From: Balanoglossus misakiensis
Taxonomy: Eukaryota; Animalia; Hemichordata
Assembly: GCA_040954595.2 (NCBI GenBank)
Contig: CM082595.2
Coordinates: forward strand, 5,916,137 to 5,980,136
Length of the DNA: 64,000 nt
Direction: 5' to 3'
Both the position numbers and the translations under genes were made by a program. Shown one piece after another: positions 39,201-51,099 of the stretch. Position 1 is the first letter of the stretch, and each line of letters begins with the position of its first letter. The notes below the pieces were generated by a model, which was not told where the DNA came from, did not search any database, and saw only the letters and a program-made list of their open reading frames with translations.

Positions 39201-42200
39201 TAGGTGCTTTTGCCGGAAGTGAACAAAAACTTTTTGAAGACTTGTTCCGAAATTATAACAAAAAGGTACGGCCCATCTGGAACTGGACGCACGCTGTCAA
39301 CGTCAACCTCACCATGCAAATCACCCAAATTGTTGATATGGTAAGTAGACGAGAATATTATTACACAGGTGTCACAGAGCTCCAGGCGAAAAACCTGAAG
39401 TAAATAGATGGATTTCCGCTCGTTGCGAGATCTGGTTACTCTAGTAACACGTTGCCAGCCAAGTTTTGTATGAAACTAAGAAGAGGTGCAGTTTAAAAAC
39501 AATGTGTCTCTCTGGAGGTTGACAAGTGTTCGATGTCCTGTGTCACTTCAATATGTCTTCCCATGTTAACAGTCTAGTCACACGAGATCTCAGGGCTTCG
39601 TGGCGTTTGGAAAATGGCCTACCCACGATTGACTTCCAATGCTATGGTAAATACCATAATGGTGCGATGCTCTTAAATAAAAAGTTTATACGTTTCAGTT
39701 AGTGTCAGTAAAGTTCAGATGGGATTGTATGTAAATTGCTGTGTTGATTTAATATGAAGGCTTAGTCATCAACAAGTCAGTAAATAACACAACCAGCGAA
39801 AATATATCTATGGTCAAAAATAGTATATATTATTCATAGAAAAAGATAACCTTGTCCTCGGGCATGCTTGTTTGTTCTTTGTTTATTGTGCTATCATATC
39901 ATGACCTCAGATATCTAAGTGAAAACAACATTCCTTCAACCAAAAATAACTGAGGAACTTACACTCAGTGCCTACCCGCTTCTTGCCTGCGTGCATGCAT
40001 ATTAATATCTTTTTACAGTGGATGTACACACATACATGTACATACATACATACATACATACATACATACATACATACATACATACATACATACATACCGT
40101 ACGTACATACATACATACATACATACATACATACATACATACATACATACATACATACAATAGTTTAATGCAGTTGGTCAATAAATTAAATTCACTGTAT
40201 AAAACCAAGTGTGAGCAAAATGATATAGATGTTGAATGTCCTTCATTATGCTGTTGATAAAAATCTGGCTAACTGATGAAATTCTGCTGTTTATCCCAAA
40301 CAACCAGATAGTTTATCTGCGCTGAAACGTTGAAGGCAATTAGAACTATTACGATAAATCACACAGCTCATGAATCATGCAGATTCATCTTTCGTCTCAT
40401 CTGTCACGATATTCGTCTAAGAAAAATCATAACTCAAATGAGAATCGTCTGATGGTAGTGGCTATTTTTATTTCCCTGATTTTTTTTTCAATAAACCATT
40501 AAGAGCTGTGGCAAGAGCGAAATTGTTTTGGTATTAGCGATATAAATGACATGCATTTCTTTATCCATCATAAATCTGTCTGGGTATGTCTGGCTGAAAA
40601 GAAAATGACATGATGATTGTATGACGTCTTGCCTCCAAGTTAATAGCCAAAGGTGATACCCCATATTTTTGTTGTGTGGCGTATATTCAGAGGCAACAAA
40701 CTGAAATCAGTTTCATTTTTAAGTGTTAGATGATAATGATATGTACGAATGGACAAGACAGCCTATCTTATCAAGTTAGTGGGGGTAATGTATTGCGGAT
40801 GACCATGCGTATTAGTGCTTGCATTATTTGTCTATTCCAGTGATAACGTTGAGAAACATTGAAACACTTTGTGTCCGTTGTTATGTGTTTATATTATTGT
40901 AAAACGAGACATGCTTTACCGTTAACACGGGAGATGTGAAATAGATTTACGCAAGAATGCTGTGTATATCTTCCTGTAATTCTTCAAGGGCCAAACAAGT
41001 GCAACCTGTCGACATACCCAATACTAACTTTCTTAGCTGGCCGGTCAGTCAACCATTATACTATTCCGTATATCCATTATTCAACTGTCTGTCCATCAAT
41101 CACCTTCCTTCTTGCCTGCATTTTGACAAAATAACAAAGAGAAAATCCCATAATCTGGACATAGAAATGAGCTATAGAAATGAGCTTTCATATAGGAAAC
41201 GTTTTGCTCGTAAACTCTGGAGGGTTTTATTTTCTGGACTGGTATAACAAGAGAAGTCTGCCACGCTACATATTCTCTGTTGTCTGGTTGCAGCACGCAC
41301 ATGTGTGTGAGATTCGTACGCACTGATATACTACACTACTCATTGTACTAAATGACGACAACAGGTCATTTCATGTCACAGGCAGACGTTACCCTTGACA
41401 CACATGATAGAAGTTTTAATAAATGTGTTGTATTTGTCGCAAAAACAAGAAAAGAATTTCACTGTAACTGAAACACATTGACTTGTGATTGAATTCCCGG
41501 TAAACGCCGGAAGGAGTGAAATTTCCACTATGACCACGTGGCTAATTTGATGCATTGTCAGTTTCAAGGACTACACTCCGGGAAATATTAATCTGGAGCC
41601 TGTAAAGTGTACATGTCGGCTTCATTTCACTCTCCGTGGTTACCACGGTTGATTTTACTATGTGGGTTGCGTTTGTGTCAGTCTGTCAACCTACATTTTC
41701 TATTGAAAATAAATGACATCATTTGACACAAGTGATATCGCAGGGCATGGCAGCGTTCATCAAGGAAAGATTAGGGATACCATAAAGCCTGGACAGCTGT
41801 TGCGGAAATATCACAATTAAACTGCAAAACTGTGCGTGAACAACGTAATGTATCGATATGTCCCCAACAGTCTTCCCCAGTACTGTTGTAACATAGAGTG
41901 TTGATACTAATTATTGATACCTCGATGTACATTGTTGTTTTTATAAGAATTATCATGTACCTCCTGCTGCATTAACAAAATATATACAGGTTTTTACTGT
42001 ACACATTGTTCTATATAAGTGACTGAGTTTAGTTTGGTTGGTATATGTTACTGCAGCAAGTAGTATAGCCATAATCAGTCGACAATGGCATAGCCCAATC
42101 CCACAATGCTGACATAACGGTGGCCCACATTATGCATGAACTGCGTTGTCCTCGATTTCAACTAAATGTCATCTATGATGGAGTTTATTTTTTATGTCTT

Positions 42201-45200
42201 ATAGGCATCAGGCATAATGATAGAATTTACTCATCATATACCGACAATTAGACCGAAGAGGTTTCGGAAAGTGAATTCTAAGTAGGTTAAAACTGCGGAA
42301 CTGGTTCCCCAAGATGACGAGTGTATTTCTAATATTAGCGCCAGGAGATCATTAAAAGAAGCTACCCCATAAAAAGCAATTGGATGACATTAAGAAGATC
42401 ATTATACCTGCATTCACGATAATACCTACTTAAAGTACGTAGCTATTAGGATATAACTTACAAGCAGTGGCAGTATAGACGTCTTAGCAATTAATAAATC
42501 GTATTCATTTATTATACAGTAGACACGACGTAGTCTATCATTTTGTGAACCAGTCTTGATTTTAACAACAAAACTCCGTCATTGCAGCCTGGTGACCAAA
42601 CGTCAGTACATGGCGTGTGCTGCCATTTTATTTGCTGGTAGGGGAGTTGTTGTTTGGGCCATCTTCCGTAATGTAGGCGAAATAGGCGCCTTTTTCGTTG
42701 CCTTTACATGGTAAATCCTGCTTCACAGTATTACAGGGTTATAAGAACGAAGCAGCGTGTGTAATTAATACTTGAGCCGAGTATTATTGATCGCCAAACG
42801 GTTTGGGTGTCAACACATCCGTTAACGCGAATTGATGGGTTAATCTTAAACATCATGTAACATATAGTTGAAAGGGCGGTATATATAAACCACCTGCCTC
42901 AAGTACCCCCGCCCCTGCATTTTGATCTAAATTCAAACACACAGACTGCAGATGATAACAAAGTTTAAAATTAGACAATCTAAGAAAAAATTATGGAGAT
43001 TCGCCTACAGTTGTTAAGGCTTAAATTAGCTACTACCCTACAGTTATAAGCCCATAAATCAAATTATTACAAAATAATTACATGTGCGATATTGTGCAGA
43101 TGTCTCATTTATGTGTAACATATGGTTAATATTGTGGGTATGTTGCAACTTTGCATGTTGATATCCTGTGGATTCGCAACGATGCCAGGTACAAGAGCAA
43201 TGCGCACGCTGTATGGATATCTTGTATAATCACTGCGAAATAATTTAACCGTATACCTAAAATCATCATTATGCTAAAAGCACGCATGTCCAAATCTTCT
43301 ATTTTACTAATCACAGGAGCATAATTTATCATTCTCGTTGCCTTAAAATAGCCCTTTCCATCATCCGAAGTGACATTATACCAAATTGCATTTTGGGTAA
43401 CGAAAAGTTTACAACGTATTGTAGTAAGAGGTTGTGGAGGTCACGTGTTATCTATATTTTGTGACCTATATCCGGCTAAAATGCCGTTGTAATTATCGTA
43501 TAGTTTTCCTTTCGCATTTTCCTATTTTGTCAGAAAGGAATTTCTTTGCGGCCCATAATTTAATATAGCAAATGTACTTCCATTCTTTACAAATAGCAGA
43601 ATGTTCAACTTCAACCAGTCAGTGGAGTTGATGTACAAAGATGTACACGCTTGCCGATAGCCTGACAAACGCCGACAGTATGTTCTTATGTGCAGTGCTG
43701 CACAACATCATAAACTAACAGTTTGCTATTTAGAGCAGACTGGTTGAATGTATATCTTGTGTAAAAGTCGAATAAAAGTCACACCACCTGTCTTCTTCTG
43801 TTTATTACTTTACTATCTTATTTGCCAACCATATTGAAAAGCTGTTTATTGGAAAGTCTTTACAAAGATCAAATATCATTTAGCGTCTACTGTGCAAAAA
43901 GATGGGTTTGTCTGCGCTATGTATATTTGCGGAAAACGCGATCATTGTAGTGTATTGGTATTAATTTTTTTCTCCAATCTGTTAAACAACCTCATCTGTC
44001 GCATGGAGTCATTTTTCACATGCCGCCAGTGTTTGCTTTATGATAATTCTGCTGGTAACAATTCCTTACAATAACAGACACGCGTTTGTGTGCAAAATAA
44101 GCCCCCGTTGAATGTAATGCCGACTGCAAACACAGAAACAAAAAGTCTTTTCAAGTGAATTCTTTTAGATTTATGTCTTTACAGATACTCGGTCTTTGCA
44201 CAGATGGCGCATACCTGCACATATTGCGCACGTCAAATAAACTACTCATGGCTAATATTTGCATTTGATATTTGAAACGATGGACCATTATGAGGGAAAT
44301 GACAATATATGTTACTAGTAATGTCCACAAACGTAGAAAACCGCTCCATGCGGGATAATTGCTTCCTAGTGTAGGTATGGCCATGAAACGTTAATCACCT
44401 GCGTGGCGAAATGAGATTAAATTCATGCTTGTGCTCACAGCGTGTCGCTGCCTCGAATGTTTGGCTGGCTGATGAGAAGATAATTTCCTAATCGGCGAAG
44501 TCAGCGTTTGGCTAATTAGTTATAGTTTCCGCTCTCGCAGGCGTTGATACGAACCTAAATGTACTTGTCGTTTGTGCACCGAGTACGTGTGTTGCTTACT
44601 ATATACTATACTCTGCTACAAAATAGCCTTGGTCAGCTTTATCTCATCCTGGACAGATAAGCTCTCCCTAAACACGCATTGCGATCCATCGCGGCTTCAT
44701 TGAAATTATCTGTGCCAGATTGTTGGTAATACCGGGAAATGAGAATTTGACAAGATATCCTTTATGAAAACGTGGGGATTTGAAACTTGAATACCTCTCC
44801 GTGGAAGGTGTTTGTAATTTACATTTGTGTACCTTTGAATATTGTGTAATTCGAAATCGACGTATATCAAATTTCATTATTTTTGCATAGCATTTTTTTG
44901 CTTCCATTGACTGTATTTTGTTTCCTGTTATCGTTCTCATATGTTTGCGCGCATGTGTATGAGTGTATGGGGCTAGTATTTCTTGATTCCGTCCAACCCC
45001 TGATGTTATAACGTCGGCGTGTTTGAAGCGATAGGTAATTTCCACTCGCAAACTTTTCGAACACCGTTAATTTCAACAAACATTGCCGTGGATTGGGGTA
45101 TAACGTAAATCAAGCAGTATGGCTAATCGATAATCACAGTCGCAATCAAAGACATCGAAGCCGCAATTTCGTGATGCAAACATAAACTGCGCCCTTTTAT

Positions 45201-48200
45201 TCTGTCGTTAGCCACTGGGCAAGATCATGATGATGAGTCGGTCTGCCCAAAAATAAAATTGGTCATAAAAAATCGAGAAACAACACTATTTCGTATTCAG
45301 ATTCAATCTCGCAGGTTTTTAGACGCTTCGGGCTGTTGAAGCCAAACAAATCTGGTAATGGGATCGTGTGACACAAGGAAACACTTTCAGAGAGATAACA
45401 AAAATTCAGCACACAACATGATGAAAAGATAAAAGAATTTGCTGGTTTTAGCACATATACTTACATCAGAAGTTCTGGGTTACTGATATCACCCGTTCTT
45501 GTTTTGTCATTAATGGAGTTCAATGAACGCGCTGTACTGTAACTGTTGCTAACCTCGTTGCTAATTTATGTATTTTCCTTCATAACTTAAAAACAAAATA
45601 GCCATCAATGCCATTTATTTCAGTATTCAGAAGAAATTGAGGGTTGCAATGAATACATCCATAACTTTCTGGAGGCCAGCTACCAAAGCAAATCAGTTGG
45701 CATCTGTACGATAATATACACATTTCGTCTCTTTCACAGGACGAAAGGAACCAGATCTTAACGACAAATGTATGGATTGAACAGGTAAGTACCACTTCAA
45801 GAAACTTTATCAATGCGCTATATTAAAGTGGAAAGAGAGATGTGTCGTGGATTGTCTTAGTTGGGAGTTTGTTCACAGGCTATGAGTACACGATCCTCTG
45901 AGCTTTTGGTCCCAAAGTTCTGTTTGCACTCATTACCCAAGAATCTTGACAACAAAATCTGCCACAAATTAAAGATATACCGGTACAGGGCCACCAGACA
46001 AAGCCAGTAGAAGGAGTTGTTGCTAGTTGATGACCCTATTAATATAAAATAAAGACACGCACTGTTGTCGTGTCTGCTATAATCGAATAACTCGGGGAAT
46101 TCTCAGTGGTATTTTAGTTTTGTTACAACACTCAGGCTGTCATGCTTCAAAATATGGATCTACTCAAGCTATTTGTCTTTCCGAGTTTCGCAAGAAAGAA
46201 AAAAACACAATTCCGACATGTTGCAATGGGTTATTGATCTCCGGTGAATATTTAATGCAACTGATTCGGGATTTATGTAATATAACAATATATTTCGTTC
46301 GTTGTTTAAGCACTGGCATGATGAAAAACTTGTTTGGAATCCGGATGAACATGATGGGATTAAAATCATAAGAATTCCCGCCAGAGAACTTTGGATTCCG
46401 GATATCACGTTATATGATAAGTAAGTGGAGTATATTTTCTATCGATTTTCTATCTATCTATCTGTCTATCTATCTATCTACATTTATTTAACTATCTATC
46501 TATCTGTCTGTCTGTGTATGACTATATGTCTATTTGTAGCTATGTATCTACCTATTTATAATCTATCTACATCTATCCTTGTCGGTCTGTGTATGACTAT
46601 ATGTCTATCTACCTATTTATCTATCTATCCATCTGTCTATCAATCCAATCTGTCCGCGTGTTTACCCGTTTGTCTATCCCTGTCTGTCTGGCTGGCTGGC
46701 TTGACTGCCACTCTGACTAACAGGCCAAATGTTAGTCCACTCATTAATTGTGTAGTCTCGTTGCTTTGTATGTATTTGAATTAATCTCTATCTACAAGTA
46801 TTCACATCTCGTTTCTTTTATGTCTCTCTGGCGACTTATTATCGTCGATCGCTTTGCTAATCTGGTTAAATAGCCATCTTTGCGACTGGATTTTAGTTGT
46901 CGTTCAATTTAGATGCTTCCATGTCAAGACAGTGGTCGTTGTGATTTTTCCAGAAACGCCTGTCGGTCGCAGTGATGTCTGAACGAGAAATTGCTTTACA
47001 CAAAATGTGTTTTTAGGTGAAGACATGCGTCATATATTTTGAAACTGTCGTTTGAATATTCACCATAGTCTGTCAGACAGGGTCAAGGCTACGGTTGGAG
47101 TTACAGTTGCTGATATGAAAAGTCAAATCCAATGTAAAATGAATTAAATTCAGGAGTTCCATATGTTTTGAGGATTAACAGTTCGGTCTCTTTACTTGTA
47201 GTGCCGACGCCCACGACTACGCGGATAGCGTACGGGCGTCTAACTGCCTGGTGGAGTACGACGGCAACATCAGCTTGTGGTCCAGACCCACGGTCCTCAA
47301 AAGCACCTGCAAAATAGACATCAAGTACTTTCCGTTCGACAAGCAGCAGTGCCGGCTGAAATTCGGGTCGTGGACGTACACGGGCGAGCAGATCAACTTG
47401 AACAAGCACGCGGAACAACCGGATCTGACGAACCTGGTGGAGAACGAACAGTGGGACCTGTTGTACGCCTACACCACGCGGCACAGCATCCCCTACGCCT
47501 GCTGCCCGGATACCTACCATGACGTCACCTTCCTGGTCGGGCTGGAAAGGAAACCTTTGTACTACATTTACAATTTAATCATGCCGTGTGTGCTCCTCTC
47601 GGCGCTCTCTCTGCTGGGATTTTTTATGCCCTATGACGTTGGCGTGGTGAAGGTATCGCTTAGCGTCACGCTGATTCTGTCGTTGACAGTGTTTTTGCTG
47701 CTGGTCGCCGAAATGATGCCACGTTCATCAGAGGAAATACCTCTAATAGGTAAGTGTTGATTCTCACAGAAGATGTCAATGCAGGGAGCCATTTTCGATT
47801 ACTCATGGCATAAAAGTTACTAAATAACATTATTTTAACATTATTTCTGTCATTTTAAATTCTTTTTATAGGCTATTTGTGTTCATGCGGTTTTAAAGGC
47901 TATATGTCTATTGTAACAATCGGAATCGGATGGTGTCACAGCCCAATTCGCACCCAATACATGAATTGAAAAACCGAAATAGTTTGTACACGGGTAATGT
48001 GTATTAGTCATGCAAAAGTTCAGATTTTACGCAAGCTATGTTGGAAATTTGAAGATCTTGCGTTTAAAAGTAATTGTTAGGTGTCTCAGATGAAAAAGCA
48101 TTGTCATTACCCGAACGAATATGACAAATTGAGAATATCTGAAGGTACAGCTCGAGATGTTACGTATCAGATATGTCAGGGTCTCTCATATATTTCTTTT

Positions 48201-48869
48201 GTCTCCATTTCAGGACAATATTACGCGGCGACGATGTTTCTGATATCGCTGTCCACGGCCATGAACGTGGCTGTGTTGAACGTCAACGAGCGAGGTGCCT
48301 TGGGAACGTACCTGGTCCCTCCCTGGGTTCGGACTCTGGTCCTCAAATACTTGGCCTACCTGGTCCTCATGAACGGATGTTGCAAAGAGAAGAACTCCAG
48401 GGCGACGGCGGCGGCTCGCGACCGAGCGCGGGAGAACGGCAACCACAACTCAAAATATTATGTCCACCGCGACAGCGAAAACAACACCACCAGCCGACTG
48501 TGCAGGAACGCGAACAACAGTTTCCAGACTGAGCAGGAGTTCCTTCTGGAGGAGCGCCGCGAGCACGCTCTGACTTTAGACAGCAGTAGCGACAGGCGAC
48601 TGCACAGATTGGAGAGGACAATTGACTTGATTTTAAAACATTTAAAACACGCACAGAAGAGGAAGGAGCAAATAGCCTCTGTGCGGCAGGAGTGGGCGGC
48701 TGTCGCCACCGTGTTGGACCGTGTGCTTCTCTCCTTGTTCCTCATATGCACGGCGGCAACCTCAATGTCGCTACTACTTCAAACGCAAGGAGAACTGAGA
48801 CCATACGACCCCAACAGCAACTACTCGGTCTCCGACTTAGACCGGTTCCAACCGAATTTCGGTACATAA
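36140..48869 (+). CDS. Nicotinic acetylcholine receptor alpha subunit (Cys-loop ligand-gated ion channel), 6 coding exons: 36140/36221-36263, 39204-39340, 45740-45784, 46311-46420, 47202-47749, 48214-48869
   Basis: All introns are GT-AG with consistent phases; the joined CDS is 1620 nt from ATG 36140 (539 aa) or 1539 nt from ATG 36221. Motifs: [29 protein letters not shown] (loop A), Cys-loop [21 protein letters not shown] (loop B), YACCPDTY (loop C vicinal Cys, so alpha type), M1-M3, [16 protein letters not shown] and M4. The large Cys-loop-to-PLIG exon resembles the alpha9/alpha10 layout; orthology is not established. Confidence 0.95.
38361..38530. repeat. Duplicated ~97-bp unit containing (CA)n microsatellite, intron 1 of nAChR
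   Basis: taagtgta(c)tatctctattgtaac followed by CA runs occurs twice (about 38363 and 38460). Confidence 0.8.
39204..39340 (+). CDS. nAChR alpha exon 2
   Basis: cctag|GT...ATG|gtaagt; encodes [46 protein letters not shown]. Confidence 0.95.
40039..40159. repeat. (TACA)n microsatellite
   Basis: About 30 tetranucleotide units with one interruption; explains the HTYI/MYVC pseudo-ORFs. Confidence 0.95.
45740..45784 (+). CDS. nAChR alpha exon 3 (45 bp)
   Basis: ttcacag|GAC...CAG|gtaagt; encodes [15 protein letters not shown], the conserved 45-nt nAChR exon. Confidence 0.95.
46311..46420 (+). CDS. nAChR alpha exon 4 (110 bp)
   Basis: tttaag|CAC...AA|gtaagt; encodes [36 protein letters not shown](N), the conserved 110-nt exon. 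Confidence 0.95.
46449..46700. repeat. Degenerate (TCTA/TCTG)n microsatellite in intron 4
   Basis: Runs of tcta/tctg/tcca; includes a duplicated tctgtgtatgactatatgtctat. Confidence 0.85.
47202..47749 (+). CDS. nAChR alpha exon 5 (Cys-loop, loops B/C, M1, M2)
   Basis: ttgtag|T GCC GAC...CCT CTA ATA G|gtaagt; open frame with high GC3; matches ORF 47251-47760. Confidence 0.97.
48214..48869 (+). CDS. nAChR alpha exon 6 (M3, intracellular loop, M4, stop)
   Basis: ttcag|GA CAA TAT TAC...; [24 protein letters not shown]...[30 protein letters not shown]...TAA at 48867-69. Confidence 0.95.
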
Positions 48870-49073
48870 ACCGATACTTAGCGCGATTCGTATGCAATAC
48901 CCTCCGACATATCTCTTCCACAGTTTACCACGCAATAATTTGCTACTTTGAAAGTAAGACGTTGGTGCGCCCCAACGACGTTCGGAAGACTTCCCCCGAT
49001 GTGTTATTCGGGTTTCGGTGTGTGTTACGGGAACTGTTAGTCGTTGTCACGACAACCAAGGTCACACGGAAAA

Positions 49074-49079
49074 AATAAA
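49074..49079 (+). promoter_or_regulatory. Candidate polyadenylation signal of the nAChR gene
   Basis: AATAAA about 200 bp after the stop codon; position only, usage unverified. Confidence 0.3.
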
Positions 49080-49565
49080 ACTCAAGCATGTGAAGCATAT
49101 CTCAGAATTTATAACATTAATATTTGATTAATTTGCAAAATTATTTTTATCTGGCTTCTTGACGTAAAATATGATTACATTTTTTTCATTTCAGTCAGGG
49201 ACATTTTCGATTGGCCTACAAATTCGCCTGGTATGGACTGCCGTTTCTATTTGGATTTTAATATATAATTCACACTGTTTACGTAATCAAATAACCTTTC
49301 TTTATGTTTACGTTTAGAACTAATTCACAGATGACGTCTTAACTTAATTCTCACTACTAAATAATTGAAACCAAGTAATGTCGACCACAATCGTGTAAAA
49401 ATACAATTCTGAGATTTGCCTTTCACATGTAAAGGTTTTATTTTTCGAAATGCCTTGGTCGCGATGTTGAGATAGAGAGGATCTCGATGGAAAGGATATG
49501 ACCGAGTTATGGTATAGGGCGGAACAGAGAAAATGGCAGAAATGAGTGAATGTTGTCTATATTAA

Positions 49566-49650
49566 ACCTTTCACCCCAGTTCCCTCTTTAGAGGTCCAAC
49601 CTTACCATAGAAAACAATGGATTTGGACTGAACCAATATTGGTGAAAGGG
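49566..49650. mobile_element. 85-bp piggyBac-like MITE, copy 2
   Basis: TTAA(49562-65)-acctttcacc...ggtgaaaggg-TTAA(49651-54). Shares the core gttccctctttagaggtccaacc..accatagaaaaca..gg.tttggactgaacca with 10671-10755. Confidence 0.8.
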
Positions 49651-50750
49651 TTAAAGGACATGATGATGCAATATATCCCCAGGAGACAATATATATCGAC
49701 AGCAATATTTGAGAAATTACGCCGTGTGAGTGTTTGTGTATGGAAGTCGGGACACTGCACGGCCATTCCCTGTTCCGCTGCAATCCTATGTCTTCATCAT
49801 TTGAACCCATCGTTCAAATCGCCGTGTATATATACACAGAGTGTGTTTCATATGTTTGTATATATACATGAGGGCACTTCGGCCACGAAGAAACATTTTA
49901 CATTGTGTGGAACGTTGACAATCTCTTCCGTATTCTCCACATTGTCTTTCTCACTCGAATAACACGTGGCCTTGTTGCAGAATTGATACCGTCATTTTAT
50001 AGCACGACAACAAAGCTCAGTTACTATAATGATTTTGAACTTCCCCCTAGTGTCAGTCAGTGTTTTGACACCAGTATTTTCGATCGATGGAATCGCCATA
50101 CCTGATCTGTCAAACTGGTTTTTAGTTTGCACAGCAAGATGTTGCCGTACAATATGGCGTACATGCAGCTTCCGGTTTGATCACAATTTTAACGCTCCCA
50201 GATATATTAAAATGTGAATAATTTGCCGATATGCATTGGCAGTCGAATTACCACCGGGATATTCTGAGTAGATGCAAGAATATAATCTAGGTTAAGAAAA
50301 AATAAAGCTTGTTTAGAAAATAATCTTTTAGATTACCTGTTTGACGAATAAATGTGGTCATTTTTTTCAAGTGCACAATTATCTCATTTGAGTTTTGTTT
50401 TATTTTCTCATTGGAAACAGAAGCAATCTGAATATTAAGGTAAGAAAATATTCCATTCCGGAACGAGCAACGTTATCAAGTGGATATTGTAAACGTTCGG
50501 GAGTTCTGCATCTACGGTACAATAGAGGGCGCACAAACAATTCATCTAAACCATCATCATTGGGCGATGCGGAAGTGCTTGCAGTATACCAACAGTGTTA
50601 AATACATATATCAGTATTTTGTTTGGGGGCGAATTGTGCAAACTCATATCAAATTGGTTTGGGTCTATCCGTGTTTCTGTGTTTCATGAACCCATGTTAA
50701 GAGTTACATAGAGAATAAGTTTTTGATGAACAGCCCTTTCTAATAATTTA

Positions 50751-51097
50751 CTATGAAATTTGAAATACCAGCAACAAACGGTAAACTAGCAACATCGTAT
50801 TTCTTTGATTCCGCCGACACGTTATCTCTAAAATTGTAACAACGTCACAATTTAGTAGACAAAGAGGCGCCCCCCCCCCCCCATCCCTATTGCGCAGTTG
50901 AAGTACGTGCGTGTTGAGCGAGACGTGTCGACTCGATCGATCGAACACGGACGACGAGAGTTGTTTAGCGTGTCGAACGAAGCTCGTAGTTAACTTCTGA
51001 CCAGGACATTTTCGCTTGAACGGACTGGGTTCCTCCCACTTCAAGAAATACGATGTTGCTAGATTACCGTTTGTTGCTGGTATTTCGAATTTCATAG
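50751..51097. mobile_element. 347-bp MITE with ~55-bp TIRs and TA TSD
   Basis: ctatgaaatttgaaataccagcaacaaacggtaaactagcaacatcgtatttctt matches the reverse complement of the right end (aagaaatacgatg...tttcatag) with 2 mismatches. TA at 50749-50 and 51098-99; GC-richer interior. Confidence 0.9.
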
Positions 51098-51099
51098 TA

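Noticed and set aside
38222-40257. ORFs rich in CV/HT/MYVC/HTYI
   Set aside because: These are translations of (CA)n and (TACA)n microsatellites.
47101-48751. Overlapping antisense and alternative-frame ORFs over the nAChR exons
   Set aside because: By-product of high GC3 codon usage in the real CDS.
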